From the sequence record SRR2962707_3459: a stretch of 41,562 nucleotides of DNA; one strand, written 5' to 3'. Below are positions 1 through 9,659 of the stretch, piece by piece; position 1 is the stretch's first letter; each line of letters starts with the position of its first letter. The position numbers were made by a program, and so were the translations under genes. The notes below the pieces were generated by a model, which saw only the letters and a list, made by a program, of their open reading frames with translations, made no database searches and had not been told where the DNA came from.

Positions 1-372
1 GAAGAAGTGCCAAAAGAAGAAACCATGTGGGAAGGCGAGTGCTTTGTTTTCGATAATCGTGTTTCTGTTAATCACGACCTTGAAAAAGGCGACTATGATC
101 AATGTCATGCTTGTCGTATGCCGATCACCGAAGAAGAGAAACAAGATGAGCGCTATCAGCAAGGCGTGAGTTGTGTGCATTGCTTTGATAAATTCACCGA
201 TGAGCAGCGCCAGCGTTTTGTAGAGCGTGAGCGTCAGGTGCAATTGGCGCGATCTCGCGGCGAAGAGCATATTGGGGCGGAGGTTTCGGAGGCGGTTGAA
301 AAGCATCGCTTAGAAAAAGCCCTGGAAAAAGAGCGCCAGCGTAAGATTCGCGAACAAAGAAGCCAGTCGTAA
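1..372 (+). CDS. trhO: C-terminal part of a rhodanese-domain tRNA uridine(34) hydroxylase TrhO/YceA family protein (5' end outside the window)
   Basis: Frame is open from base 1; [14 protein letters not shown] and QCHACRMPI...SCVHC motifs are typical of the YceA/TrhO C-terminus. Confidence 0.85.
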   Translation, partial: EEVPKEETMWEGECFVFDNRVSVNHDLEKGDYDQCHACRMPITEEEKQDERYQQGVSCVHCFDKFTDEQRQRFVERERQVQLARSRGEEHIGAEVSEAVEKHRLEKALEKERQRKIREQRSQS

Positions 373-382
373 GCCGCTATGA

Positions 383-409
383 ATTTCGCTCAGCCAGCCT
401 GAGCGAAAT
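383..409. terminator. Stem-loop after trhO, possible terminator
   Basis: 11-bp inverted repeat ATTTCGCTCAG / CTGAGCGAAAT with a 5-nt loop; no clear U-tract. Confidence 0.45.
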
Positions 410-483
410 ATAAACTATTGATCTAAATCGCGATTTTTTCGCTTTCTCGTGTCCTTCTCGGCGCCATCCTTTGCGATGAATGG

Positions 484-512
484 TTCCGAAATGCGTCGGA
501 CTGCCGTACAAT
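484..512 (+). promoter_or_regulatory. Candidate sigma70 promoter for dnaX
   Basis: TTCCGA-17 bp-TACAAT ending 32 bp upstream of the dnaX ATG. Confidence 0.45.
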
Positions 513-544
513 GAAAAATCGCTTTTTATTAGCCAGTATCTATC

Positions 545-2782
545 ATGAGTTATCAAGTTTTAGCACGCAAATGGCGGCCACAAACATTCCTTGAAATGGC
601 AGGGCAAGACCATGTATTACAAGCCTTGGTCAATGCGCTTCGCCAGCAACGTTTGCATCATGCTTATTTGTTCAGTGGTACGCGTGGGGTGGGGAAAACA
701 ACCATCGCCCGTATCTTTGCAAAATGCCTAAACTGCGAAACCAATGGCATCTCTCCTGAACCTTGTGGGCATTGCGACAGCTGTGTCGAAATCGCCGAAG
801 GTCGCTTTATCGATTTGATTGAGGTCGATGCGGCTTCTCGAACGAAAGTGGAAGATACCCGAGAATTATTAGAAAACGTTCAATATGCGCCCACTCGCGG
901 ACGTTTTAAAGTCTATCTAATAGACGAAGTTCATATGCTATCGACGCACTCTTTCAACGCATTATTGAAAACATTGGAAGAGCCTCCAGCACACGTGAAA
1001 TTTTTGCTCGCAACGACGGACCCGCAGAAATTGCCGGTGACCATTTTGTCTCGTTGTTTGCAGTTCAATCTTAAAAACATGACACCCCAGCGCGTGGTGG
1101 ACTATTTACAAACCGTCTTGACGACCGAGCAGGTGTCTTATGATCAACCTGCATTGTGGCAAATAGGTCAAGCCGCCAATGGCAGTATGCGTGATGCGTT
1201 AAGTTTGACGGATCAAGCCATCGCGTTTGGTAATGGCACTATTTCTGAGACGGGCGTCACCGCCATGTTGGGCTTGGTAAATCAAGCGCAAATTCTGGAC
1301 CTATTAGAGAGTGTGGCGAGTAAAAACGCCGCACAAGTGTTGCAGAAAATAGACGCTCTAGCGGACTATCAGCCAGACTTTACCGCCATCTGTGGCAGCT
1401 TATTAGACACCTTGCATCGTGTTGCTGTGGAGCAGCAAGTGCCGGGAGCATTGCTGGACCAGCTAGGCGACTTGGCGCGTATTCAGCAGATTGCCGCAAC
1501 AGTAAGCTCTGAAGAAATTCAGTTGATGTATCAAAGTTTGTTGATTGGTCGCCGAGATTTGCATTTATCTCACACGGCGCGTTCCGGCTTTGAAATGCTG
1601 ATGTTGCGACTGATTGCTTTTCGTCCTGCACCGCCGATGACGGTGTCTTATGAAGCGCCGCCACGGCCTGTTGCACCATCGGGCGGTCAGCCTGAAGCGT
1701 CAGCGTTAGCGCCTCATCCTGCAAAGCCCCATCCTGTAGAGCCTGCGCCTTCTGAATCGTCGTCTGTAAAGATGCCCCAAGAGGATGTGTCAGTAACCTC
1801 ATCAGAAGAAGCGGAGTCGGCATCATTAAACACGGCGTCGGACATTGCCGAGGCGGTTGTGAATGACGTGGTCGGCAGCACCGCTAAGGCTGAGCTTTTG
1901 CCTGAAGCAGAGCGCCCGCCGTGGGAAGAAGCACCGGCTCAGCCTGAAGTAGCAGACGCCGCGGCCGAAGAGCCGCCATTAGAAGCCTCTTCTGTGAGCG
2001 CAGAAAACACTGCTGAAGTGCCTGTTGCTGTTGAAAACAGTCCAGTGACACCACATAAAGAACCTGAAGCACTAAGTTCTGTTGATGAGGCACCTCAAAT
2101 AGCAGAGGTTGAGCCTGTTGTGGCTAAGGTCGCTCCTGTGTATTCGCCTTCTGTGGAAGAGTACGCAGAAGATGAAGACGAGGAAGAGGACGAAGAAGAA
2201 GCGGAAGAGCGTGCCATTGCGGATGTTTCTGACCCCTTCAATCCGGCCGCCGACCTGGTTCAGGCGCTCGGCGCAGATTCTGTTGCCGTAGAAGCAGAAC
2301 CTGTAGTCGAAGAAGTTAATACGCCAAAAGCAGCCGATACGGTGGCTCAGCCGGCGTTAGGTATGCCATTGCCAGAGATGCATCATTTTAGTGAGTTAAC
2401 CATGAAACTTTGGTGGTTGGTTGCGCCAAGGTTGCCGTTAACGGGCTTGGTACAGAACATTTTGATGAACTCCAGTTTGATTTCTGCCACTGAGCAGGGG
2501 GTTAAGCTGGAAGTGCCTTTAGAATATGGGCACATGTTAAACCAAACGCGATACGAGCAAATTCAAGGTGCGCTAAGCGACTTTTTTGGGCAAAGCGTGC
2601 CCTTGATTATTGATACGGTTGAAGACACCAGTGGTGTTACTGCAGAAGAATTTGCCGCCAGCAAGCGAGCTGAAGCGCTGCAAGTTGCAATCGATCATTT
2701 GAATTCACACCCAGTGGTTCAAGCCCTCGCCAGTACGATGGGTGCGCAACTGGTTTATGATACTGTTAAAGTTAAAGCTTAA
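545..2782 (+). CDS. dnaX: DNA polymerase III subunit gamma/tau
   Basis: MSYQVLARKWRP, Walker A GTRGVGKTT, zinc-binding Cys cluster, IDEVHML, SRC motif; long acidic/Pro-rich linker before the C-terminal tau domain. Confidence 0.98.
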   Translation: MSYQVLARKWRPQTFLEMAGQDHVLQALVNALRQQRLHHAYLFSGTRGVGKTTIARIFAKCLNCETNGISPEPCGHCDSCVEIAEGRFIDLIEVDAASRTKVEDTRELLENVQYAPTRGRFKVYLIDEVHMLSTHSFNALLKTLEEPPAHVKFLLATTDPQKLPVTILSRCLQFNLKNMTPQRVVDYLQTVLTTEQVSYDQPALWQIGQAANGSMRDALSLTDQAIAFGNGTISETGVTAMLGLVNQAQILDLLESVASKNAAQVLQKIDALADYQPDFTAICGSLLDTLHRVAVEQQVPGALLDQLGDLARIQQIAATVSSEEIQLMYQSLLIGRRDLHLSHTARSGFEMLMLRLIAFRPAPPMTVSYEAPPRPVAPSGGQPEASALAPHPAKPHPVEPAPSESSSVKMPQEDVSVTSSEEAESASLNTASDIAEAVVNDVVGSTAKAELLPEAERPPWEEAPAQPEVADAAAEEPPLEASSVSAENTAEVPVAVENSPVTPHKEPEALSSVDEAPQIAEVEPVVAKVAPVYSPSVEEYAEDEDEEEDEEEAEERAIADVSDPFNPAADLVQALGADSVAVEAEPVVEEVNTPKAADTVAQPALGMPLPEMHHFSELTMKLWWLVAPRLPLTGLVQNILMNSSLISATEQGVKLEVPLEYGHMLNQTRYEQIQGALSDFFGQSVPLIIDTVEDTSGVTAEEFAASKRAEALQVAIDHLNSHPVVQALASTMGAQLVYDTVKVKA

Positions 2783-2794
2783 TTGGAGAGAGTT

Positions 2795-3121
2795 ATGTTT
2801 AAAGGTGGAATGGGCAACATGATGCGCCAAGCGCAGAAAATGCAGGAAAACGTGCAGAAAGCGCAAGAAGAAGTGGCGAATATGGAAGTAGAAGGCCAGT
2901 CTGGTGCAGGCCTTGTTAAAATCGTCATGACAGGTCGTCATGATGTAAAACGTGTTTCTATCGATGACTCTTTGTTTGAAGACGATAAAGACATGCTTGA
3001 AGACCTTATTGCTGCGGCGGTAAACGACGCGGTGCGCAATATTGAAGTAAGCCAGAAAGAAAAAATGGATGCGGCAACTGCAGGCATGTCTCTACCACCT
3101 GGTTTTAAAATGCCTTTCTAG
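2795..3121 (+). CDS. ybaB: YbaB/EbfC nucleoid-associated protein
   Basis: [17 protein letters not shown]...[10 protein letters not shown]...PPGFKMPF; conserved dnaX-ybaB-recR order; ATG at 2795 after a GGAG SD. Confidence 0.96.
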   Translation: MFKGGMGNMMRQAQKMQENVQKAQEEVANMEVEGQSGAGLVKIVMTGRHDVKRVSIDDSLFEDDKDMLEDLIAAAVNDAVRNIEVSQKEKMDAATAGMSLPPGFKMPF

Positions 3122-3130
3122 GAGCCCGGC

Positions 3131-3724
3131 TTGTTTAGTCCCTTAATTAAAGAGCTTATCGAGTCATTACGTTGCCTTCCTGGTGTTGGCCCAAAGTCAG
3201 CACAGAAGATGGCGCTGTATCTTCTGGAGCGAGAGCATAAAGGGGCGGACAGACTGGCAAATGCACTGCGTGAAGCGTTGGATAAGGTCGGCCGCTGTTC
3301 TAGTTGCCGAACCTTAACGGAAGAAACGGAGTGCAGTATTTGCGCGGACACAGAACGTGATCCTACGCATTTATGCATTGTTGAAACCCCAGCAGACGTG
3401 CTTGCCATTGAATCGGCAGGGACGTTTGATGGGCGTTATTTTGTACTATTAGGTCACCTTTCCCCGATTGATGGTATTGGCCCAGAAGAATTAGGCTTAG
3501 ATCATTTAGAAAATTTAGTGGTTCATAATCGAGTCGAAGAAGCGATTATTGCAACAAACTCAACGGTTGAAGGCGAAGCGACGTGTCATTATATCGCTGA
3601 GAAATTAAAATCCAAAAACATCAACGTCAGTCGTATTGCTCATGGTGTTCCCATGGGTGGTGAGCTGGAATACGTAGATGGCAACACTCTGGCGTTAGCG
3701 CTAGAGGGTCGGAAAACACTCTAG
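3131..3724 (+). CDS. recR: Recombination mediator RecR
   Basis: [10 protein letters not shown] helix-hairpin-helix, C4 zinc finger, Toprim domain, [13 protein letters not shown] start. Confidence 0.97.
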   Translation: MFSPLIKELIESLRCLPGVGPKSAQKMALYLLEREHKGADRLANALREALDKVGRCSSCRTLTEETECSICADTERDPTHLCIVETPADVLAIESAGTFDGRYFVLLGHLSPIDGIGPEELGLDHLENLVVHNRVEEAIIATNSTVEGEATCHYIAEKLKSKNINVSRIAHGVPMGGELEYVDGNTLALALEGRKTL

Positions 3725-3725
3725 A

Positions 3726-4880
3726 ATGGAAAACCAAGATCAAGCTCTGAATATTGTATGGGTAGCGGACAATGACTCGTTAGCAAGTTGGTGTGAATAC
3801 TGGGCTGAATTGCCCGTCATCGCGGTTGATACTGAGTTTATTCGTCGTACAACGTACTTTCCTATTACTGGTTTGATCCAAATCAGCGAAGGGGAAAAAG
3901 CGGTGTTGATTGACCCGCTGGCGATTGATCAATGGGAACCTTTGCGTGCCTTGCTAGTCAACCCGTCTGTGATGAAGGTGTTTCATGCTTGTTCAGAAGA
4001 CTTGGATGTATTTGAGCGTTTATTGGGTGTGTTGCCGACGCCATTCTACGACACGCAAATCGGCGAAGCGTATGCCGGTGCGCAGTGGTCATTAAGCTAT
4101 GTGAAGCTGGTGGCAACCTATTTAAATATCGAAGTCGCGAAAGACGAAACGCGTTCTGATTGGACACAGCGTCCATTGACCGACGCGCAAAAACGTTACG
4201 CGGCATTGGATGTGGTGTACCTCGCTCAGCTTTACCCAATGCAAGTGGCGAAGCTTGAAGAGAAAAACATGCTTAGCTGGGCATTAGAAGATTGCGAATC
4301 TCTAACCTGGCAGCATCAAATGAACGCCGACCCAGAACAAAACTGGGCGGGGATTAAAACGGCGTGGCGTTTGTCGCCTGCTGGGTTGACCTTGTTGCGT
4401 TTGTTGTTTATTTGGCGTGATGAGCAAGCGCGCAAAGAGAACGTGCCTAAAGGTCAGGTGTTAAAAGACAGAACCTTATGGGCGCTGGGAAAAACATTGC
4501 CTGATTACCACAAGGCGATTGCAGAAACAGAAGAGCTCACGGGTAAGCAGCATCGATTGTACGGTGATGAAATTTTAAAAACCGTTGCTTTGGTGAAAGG
4601 ACTTTCGAAAGACGAATTGCAGTTGCCTTTACCGGCGCCTTTGCCATCGCAGGCAGGGGAGCTGACAAAGGCGATAAAAGCCTATATTCGTGAGCGCGCT
4701 CAAGAATTAGACATAGCGCCAGAAGCTATGTTGAAACGTAAATTGTTGGAACCATTGGTGCAGCATTTGTACGATGGCTCTACGATTGACTGGCAAAATC
4801 CAGCGATGACTGGGTGGCGTCGTGACACCATTATTGAGCCCGTGCTTGAGCGTTTTAAAAAAGACGCGACCGAGCAATAA
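3726..4880 (+). CDS. rnd: Ribonuclease D
   Basis: AVDTEF, FHACSEDL and YAALDV DEDDy exonuclease motifs, followed by an HRDC region. Confidence 0.95.
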   Translation: MENQDQALNIVWVADNDSLASWCEYWAELPVIAVDTEFIRRTTYFPITGLIQISEGEKAVLIDPLAIDQWEPLRALLVNPSVMKVFHACSEDLDVFERLLGVLPTPFYDTQIGEAYAGAQWSLSYVKLVATYLNIEVAKDETRSDWTQRPLTDAQKRYAALDVVYLAQLYPMQVAKLEEKNMLSWALEDCESLTWQHQMNADPEQNWAGIKTAWRLSPAGLTLLRLLFIWRDEQARKENVPKGQVLKDRTLWALGKTLPDYHKAIAETEELTGKQHRLYGDEILKTVALVKGLSKDELQLPLPAPLPSQAGELTKAIKAYIRERAQELDIAPEAMLKRKLLEPLVQHLYDGSTIDWQNPAMTGWRRDTIIEPVLERFKKDATEQ

Positions 4881-4903
4881 GAAAATAGAGCATTGAGAAT
4901 AGT

Positions 4904-5197
4904 ATGAAACAGCATTTAATTGTCGAAGTTTTTCGCTCGTCTAAGCATGATGGGATGTACTTGTACGTGAAAAAAAGCGTGGGCTTGAAGGACATTCCAG
5001 AAGCGTTAATGACGCGCTTTGGTTCCGGTGTTAGTGCCATGACTATGTTGTTAACAAAAGATCAAAAATTGGCTCGTGCGGACACGGACAAAGTCATTCA
5101 AGGCATTCAGGAAAAGGGATTTTACCTACAACTTCCTCCGGCGAAAGATGAGTATTTATTAGATCTTTATAAAACGCCAACCGAGGCCGTTTACTGA
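4904..5197 (+). CDS. ycgL: YcgL domain protein
   Basis: [25 protein letters not shown] motifs; rnd-ycgL-ycgN synteny. Confidence 0.9.
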   Translation: MKQHLIVEVFRSSKHDGMYLYVKKSVGLKDIPEALMTRFGSGVSAMTMLLTKDQKLARADTDKVIQGIQEKGFYLQLPPAKDEYLLDLYKTPTEAVY

Positions 5198-5199
5198 TT

Positions 5200-5679
5200 A
5201 TGATTGCTAAGCGTTACGAACCGTTTTGGAAAACCACCGCGATGAAGCAATTGAGCGCCCCTGAGTGGGAGTCCATTTGTGATGGTTGTGGAAAGTGTTG
5301 CCTGCAAAAGTTAGAAGATGAAGAAACAGATAACGTCTTTTATACCAATCTTGCGTGTGAGCAACTTAACATTGGCGCGTGCCAGTGTAAGGTGTATGAA
5401 ACGCGCCAAGATAAGGTGGCTTCTTGCATCACGTTAACGGCGGACCAAGTAGAAGCGTTTGATTGGTTGCCAGATACCTGCAGTTATCGAGTGTTGCATG
5501 AAACTGGCGATTTGCCCAATTGGCACCCCTTGGTGACCGGCAGTAATAAAGAAATGCTGCGCCAAGGATTAAGTGTTCGACATTATGCGGTGAGTGAAAA
5601 CAGCGTCGCAGAAGAAGATTGGGAGACACATATCATCAAGTGGGTGCATGGCATGCCAGAACCCTATGACTTCGGCTGA
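5200..5679 (+). CDS. ycgN: YcgN family cysteine-cluster protein (UPF0260)
   Basis: EWESICDGCGKCC, WLPDTCSYR, WHPLVTG. Confidence 0.9.
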   Translation: MIAKRYEPFWKTTAMKQLSAPEWESICDGCGKCCLQKLEDEETDNVFYTNLACEQLNIGACQCKVYETRQDKVASCITLTADQVEAFDWLPDTCSYRVLHETGDLPNWHPLVTGSNKEMLRQGLSVRHYAVSENSVAEEDWETHIIKWVHGMPEPYDFG

Positions 5680-5731
5680 TGTAGCATGGACAGCATGACT
5701 CAGCCTTTATAATCTTAAGAGGTGATCGCAA

Positions 5732-7612
5732 GTGAAACAGTTAAAGATAAGTGCCGTACTTTGTTTTGTTTTTCTTTCCTTGTGGTCATCATTGGGTCAA
5801 GCTGATACCCAGTTTCGTATTATCGTTGATGCGTCTGGCAGCATGCAAAGCAATGACCCAGACCATATTACTTCAGAGGCCTTGCGCCTTCTTGCTGACC
5901 TATCCCCTGAGAATAAAGCCACATTAGGGGTTTGGTTGTTTGGCGAGCAGCCCAGAGTGCTTTTCCCAGAAACGTTAGTGAACAGTGCTTCGAAAGCAAA
6001 GCTTGCAAGCTATGTGACGAATTACCCCACCCAAGACGTCAAAACAGATTTAGAATCTATTCTTGCTATGTTGCTTAAAACCCCTGATGTCGCAGGCTTG
6101 TCGCCTGGTTATCGTCGTGATTGGATTTTAGTGACCGATGGCATGGTGGACATCAGTCGTGACGAGTCGGTGAATGACGCTTCTCGACAACGCATCTGGC
6201 AAGACCTCACGCAACAGTTAGAAGCGAAGGGGATTCACCTCCACACCATTTCTTTAACGGATTATACAGACAAGGCGCTACTCGACCATTTGTCATATCG
6301 AACCAACGCCACCCATACCGATGTGGCCGTGCCAGAAGATCTATTAGACACCTTTGATCAGATTTTCAGTCAGGCGGCTCCGGCAGAAGAGTTGCCATTA
6401 ACGCAAGGCGGCTTTGATGTGGATGCAAGTGTCAAAGAAATGACCATTGAAGTGCTTCATGAAACCGGTAGATTGCCCAAATTGGTACAGCCTAATGGGG
6501 CGACTATGCCGTTATTGAGCCGTCCGGGCGTGTATGTATCGGATGCGCCGCACTACACCGTCTTCACCGTGACAAACCCGAGTGTGGGGCATTGGCAGTT
6601 AGACAATGTTAACCCTGAGCGCAGCCATGTGCGCGTGGTTTCTGATTGGGTTGCTAAAGCCACGACGATTCCTGCTTTGGTGTTTACCCAAGAAGCCATT
6701 GATTCGAGTGTGGCACTTTTTCAATATGGACAAGCGCTAACCACGCCTGATCAATTATCGAATATTAAGGTCAAGCAGACGCTCACACGAGTGGCTGGCG
6801 GACGTAAAATGTCGGTATTGAGTTGGGAAATGACTCCAGTTGGCGCTGAGTTCAAAAGTCGTATCGATGGCATAGTGCAGCCAGGACTTTATGAATTAAC
6901 CAGCGTAATTCAAGGCGAATCAGCGGCCCGAGAAATTCGCCAATACATCACGGTGCAACCGGCGGTGAGTTTTCAGGCTAAGAATGATGGGGCGAATCTG
7001 GTGACGTTTTCCGCCAGTGCGAGCAACGCCAAGCTGGACGCCTCACAGTCGAGTATGACGCTGCAGTTAACCTATGCAGATGGCGCTCAGCAGCGAGAGC
7101 AAATGCCGTTTATTAGTGAAGGGTACTGGGAAAAAATCGTGCCCATTGGCGCAGACAGTTTTGCTAAGGTAAAAGCCACCTTGGTGGGTGTGACTGACGC
7201 TGGTCGCCCGTTGCAATACACGACACCGACTTGGACGATCGAACGCCAAGGCGATGGCGATGTGATGATCCAAAAAGGGGATTTGACGGCGACACAGGTT
7301 CAGCAAGACGACGATTCAAGTTTGTCCAGCAGTCAGCAAGTGGCTGCATTGGCGGTGCCGCCGAGTATTGATGTGGTGGGAGGCGGTTCGTTCGATGAAA
7401 ACGCGGCGCCTGCTGCGACGGTCGTTCCTAAAGCGAGTCAAAGTGTGGTGGCGCAAGTCTCGCAAGAAATGAAGTCGGTGACGCAGGCCAGTTGGTTTAT
7501 TTATGCGCTGATTGCGGCGGTGGCTTTTGTTCTTATTGTATTGGTGTTTGTGTTTTCTCGGTCTTCGAAGTCCAAAGGCCGTTATCAGAGTGAAGAATCA
7601 GACGATGTGTGA
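5732..7612 (+). CDS. Exported, C-terminally anchored von Willebrand factor A (VWA) domain protein
   Basis: N-terminal signal peptide, MIDAS-like DASGS and LVTDG, beta-rich middle region, C-terminal TM helix followed by a basic tail. Confidence 0.8.
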   Translation: MKQLKISAVLCFVFLSLWSSLGQADTQFRIIVDASGSMQSNDPDHITSEALRLLADLSPENKATLGVWLFGEQPRVLFPETLVNSASKAKLASYVTNYPTQDVKTDLESILAMLLKTPDVAGLSPGYRRDWILVTDGMVDISRDESVNDASRQRIWQDLTQQLEAKGIHLHTISLTDYTDKALLDHLSYRTNATHTDVAVPEDLLDTFDQIFSQAAPAEELPLTQGGFDVDASVKEMTIEVLHETGRLPKLVQPNGATMPLLSRPGVYVSDAPHYTVFTVTNPSVGHWQLDNVNPERSHVRVVSDWVAKATTIPALVFTQEAIDSSVALFQYGQALTTPDQLSNIKVKQTLTRVAGGRKMSVLSWEMTPVGAEFKSRIDGIVQPGLYELTSVIQGESAAREIRQYITVQPAVSFQAKNDGANLVTFSASASNAKLDASQSSMTLQLTYADGAQQREQMPFISEGYWEKIVPIGADSFAKVKATLVGVTDAGRPLQYTTPTWTIERQGDGDVMIQKGDLTATQVQQDDDSSLSSSQQVAALAVPPSIDVVGGGSFDENAAPAATVVPKASQSVVAQVSQEMKSVTQASWFIYALIAAVAFVLIVLVFVFSRSSKSKGRYQSEESDDV

Positions 7613-8390
7613 GTTATTAGGTATGAGTGCCAATGTCCCGACGGACATTTGTTTTAGTTTTTCAGGGTTGCGAGCGCGTGGCGGTCGTACTGGTCCCCAT
7701 CGAGATGGTTGGGGGATGGCGATGTATCGCGATGGTCATGTGTGGGCGATGCACGATCCGCGCCCGAGCAGCGATTCGGATTTGGCCGAAGTGATGAGCA
7801 AAACCTCGTTAAAATGTGACATTGTGATCAGTCATATTCGTCAAGCCAATGTGGGGGCTGTGAGTCTGCCGAACACTCATCCGTTTAGTCGTATTCTCTG
7901 GGGCAAAACCTGGACCTATGCGCACAATGGTCAGCTTGAAGGGTCTGAGAAATTGCCGGTTGGCATTCATCAGCCGCTGGGTAATACCGATTCAGAACGT
8001 GCTTTTTGTTGGATTATAGAGCAGTTGTCGGTGCGTTTTGGAGAGCAAGAGCCTGCGTTGCCTATTTTGGCGGATGCCATCACTGAGCTGGCGCTGCAGA
8101 TGAAGGAAAAAGGCGTCTTTAATATGATGCTGTCCGATGGCGCTGTGCTGTTTTGCTTTTGTACGACTAAGTTGCATTGGATCGTGAGACGCGCGCCCTT
8201 TAAAAAAGCCACCTTGTCAGACGAAGATGTCAGTGTGAACTTTCAAGAAGTGACGACGGACAAAGATGTGGTGACTGTGATCGCGACACAACCTCTCACC
8301 CATGATGAAGAGTGGGCGCAAATGGTGCCTGGGGAGTTGTGTGCTTTCCAAGGTGGGGAAGTGGTTTTTCAGAAAAAACCTAATCTATAA
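7605..8390 (+). CDS. Class II glutamine amidotransferase, YafJ family
   Basis: True start MCELLGMSAN with the Ntn Cys at position 2; HRDGWG, SHIRQA, NTHPF, AHNGQL, TDSE; ATG overlaps the upstream stop. Confidence 0.92.
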   Translation: MCELLGMSANVPTDICFSFSGLRARGGRTGPHRDGWGMAMYRDGHVWAMHDPRPSSDSDLAEVMSKTSLKCDIVISHIRQANVGAVSLPNTHPFSRILWGKTWTYAHNGQLEGSEKLPVGIHQPLGNTDSERAFCWIIEQLSVRFGEQEPALPILADAITELALQMKEKGVFNMMLSDGAVLFCFCTTKLHWIVRRAPFKKATLSDEDVSVNFQEVTTDKDVVTVIATQPLTHDEEWAQMVPGELCAFQGGEVVFQKKPNL

Positions 8391-8430
8391 GGGCATTTGC
8401 TCAAGCTCTGCCGACAGGCCTTCTTTGAAT

Positions 8431-8472
8431 AAAAAAACCAGACTGGCGCAGGTCGCTGCCAGTCTGGTTTTT
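8431..8472. terminator. Bidirectional intrinsic terminator between the convergent yafJ-like and cysK genes
   Basis: AAAAAAACCAGACTGGC...GCCAGTCTGGTTTTT inverted repeat with A- and T-runs on either side. Confidence 0.85.
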
Positions 8473-8498
8473 ATTTGTGTAGCCGGTTGTTCTTTGTG

Positions 8499-9464
8499 TT
8501 ATTGAACCAGTTCGTTGTCGCTGAACTCGCCTTCAAATAATGCGGTGGATAAATAGCGCTCGCCAGAGTCAGGTAAAATCACGACGATTTTCTTGTCTTG
8601 GAATTCCGCCATTTGGTTTAGCTTTTCTGCTGCAACCACGGCCGCACCACAAGAAATACCACACAAAATACCTTCTTCGCGCATGAGGCGCTTCGCCATT
8701 GCGATGGCGTCTTCGTTGGTCACTTGCTCAACGCGGTCCAGCATAGAAAGGTCTAAGTTCTTAGGAATGAAGCCCGCGCCTATGCCTTGGATTTTATGGG
8801 GGGCCGGCGTTGGTGTTTCGCCGTTTAGCGTTTGTGTGATAACAGGCGAGCTGCTTGGCTCTACAGCAACGCTCAAAATCGCTTTTTCTTGGGTGTTTTT
8901 GATGTAACGGCTGATGCCAGTGATAGTGCCGCCAGTGCCTACGCCGGAGACAAGAATGTCGATTTCGCCATTGGTGTCTTTCCAGATTTCAGGTCCTGTG
9001 GTTTGTTCGTGTATTTCAGGGTTGGCAGGATTATCGAACTGTTGCAATAAGACCACGTTGTCGTCTTGAGCGATTTCTTGTGCCTTCTCAATGGCGCCTT
9101 TCATGCCTTTTGCTGGTTCCGTTAATACTATGGTCGCGCCCAATGCTTTCATGACTTGGCGGCGTTCGACACTCATGCTGGATGGCATGGTAATGGTAAT
9201 AGGGTAGCCGCGAGACGCCGCAACAAAACACAGTGCAATGCCGGTGTTGCCGCTTGACGCTTCAACGATGGATTTGCCTTCTTTTAAGATGCCTTTTTTC
9301 TCAGCGTCCCACACCATGTTGGCGCCGATTCGACATTTTACTGAGAAAGCAGGGTTGCGAGATTCCACTTTTGCCCAAATATTTCCGTTGCCAATTTTGT
9401 TTAGGCGTACAAGCGGCGTATTGCCAATGGTCAAAGAGTTATCTTCGAATACTTGCTGAGACAT
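8499..9464 (-). CDS. cysK: Cysteine synthase A
   Basis: [16 protein letters not shown] lysine, [29 protein letters not shown]. Confidence 0.96.
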   Translation of the reverse strand: MSQQVFEDNSLTIGNTPLVRLNKIGNGNIWAKVESRNPAFSVKCRIGANMVWDAEKKGILKEGKSIVEASSGNTGIALCFVAASRGYPITITMPSSMSVERRQVMKALGATIVLTEPAKGMKGAIEKAQEIAQDDNVVLLQQFDNPANPEIHEQTTGPEIWKDTNGEIDILVSGVGTGGTITGISRYIKNTQEKAILSVAVEPSSSPVITQTLNGETPTPAPHKIQGIGAGFIPKNLDLSMLDRVEQVTNEDAIAMAKRLMREEGILCGISCGAAVVAAEKLNQMAEFQDKKIVVILPDSGERYLSTALFEGEFSDNELVQ

Positions 9465-9659
9465 ATCATTTCCTTATTCGTTGATCTATTGAGGGGCGCT
9501 ACACGTTAAAACTCGCACAGCAGATTGCGTTCACTATAACCCCTTGATAGGGATTAATGTTAGAATTTCCAACTATATAGATAGAAACGGTGCGCCTTTT
9601 TCTCAGTTTTTACATACCTCTTATTAGCACCAATTGACTAGGATATTAGTTTACTTACT

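Noticed and set aside
410-544. SRP RNA (ffs), often found upstream of dnaX
   Set aside because: No conserved CAGG...GGAA...AGCAG core and no long hairpin visible on either strand
1620-2400. dnaX programmed -1 frameshift site
   Set aside because: No AAAAAAG heptamer or long A-run seen in the linker
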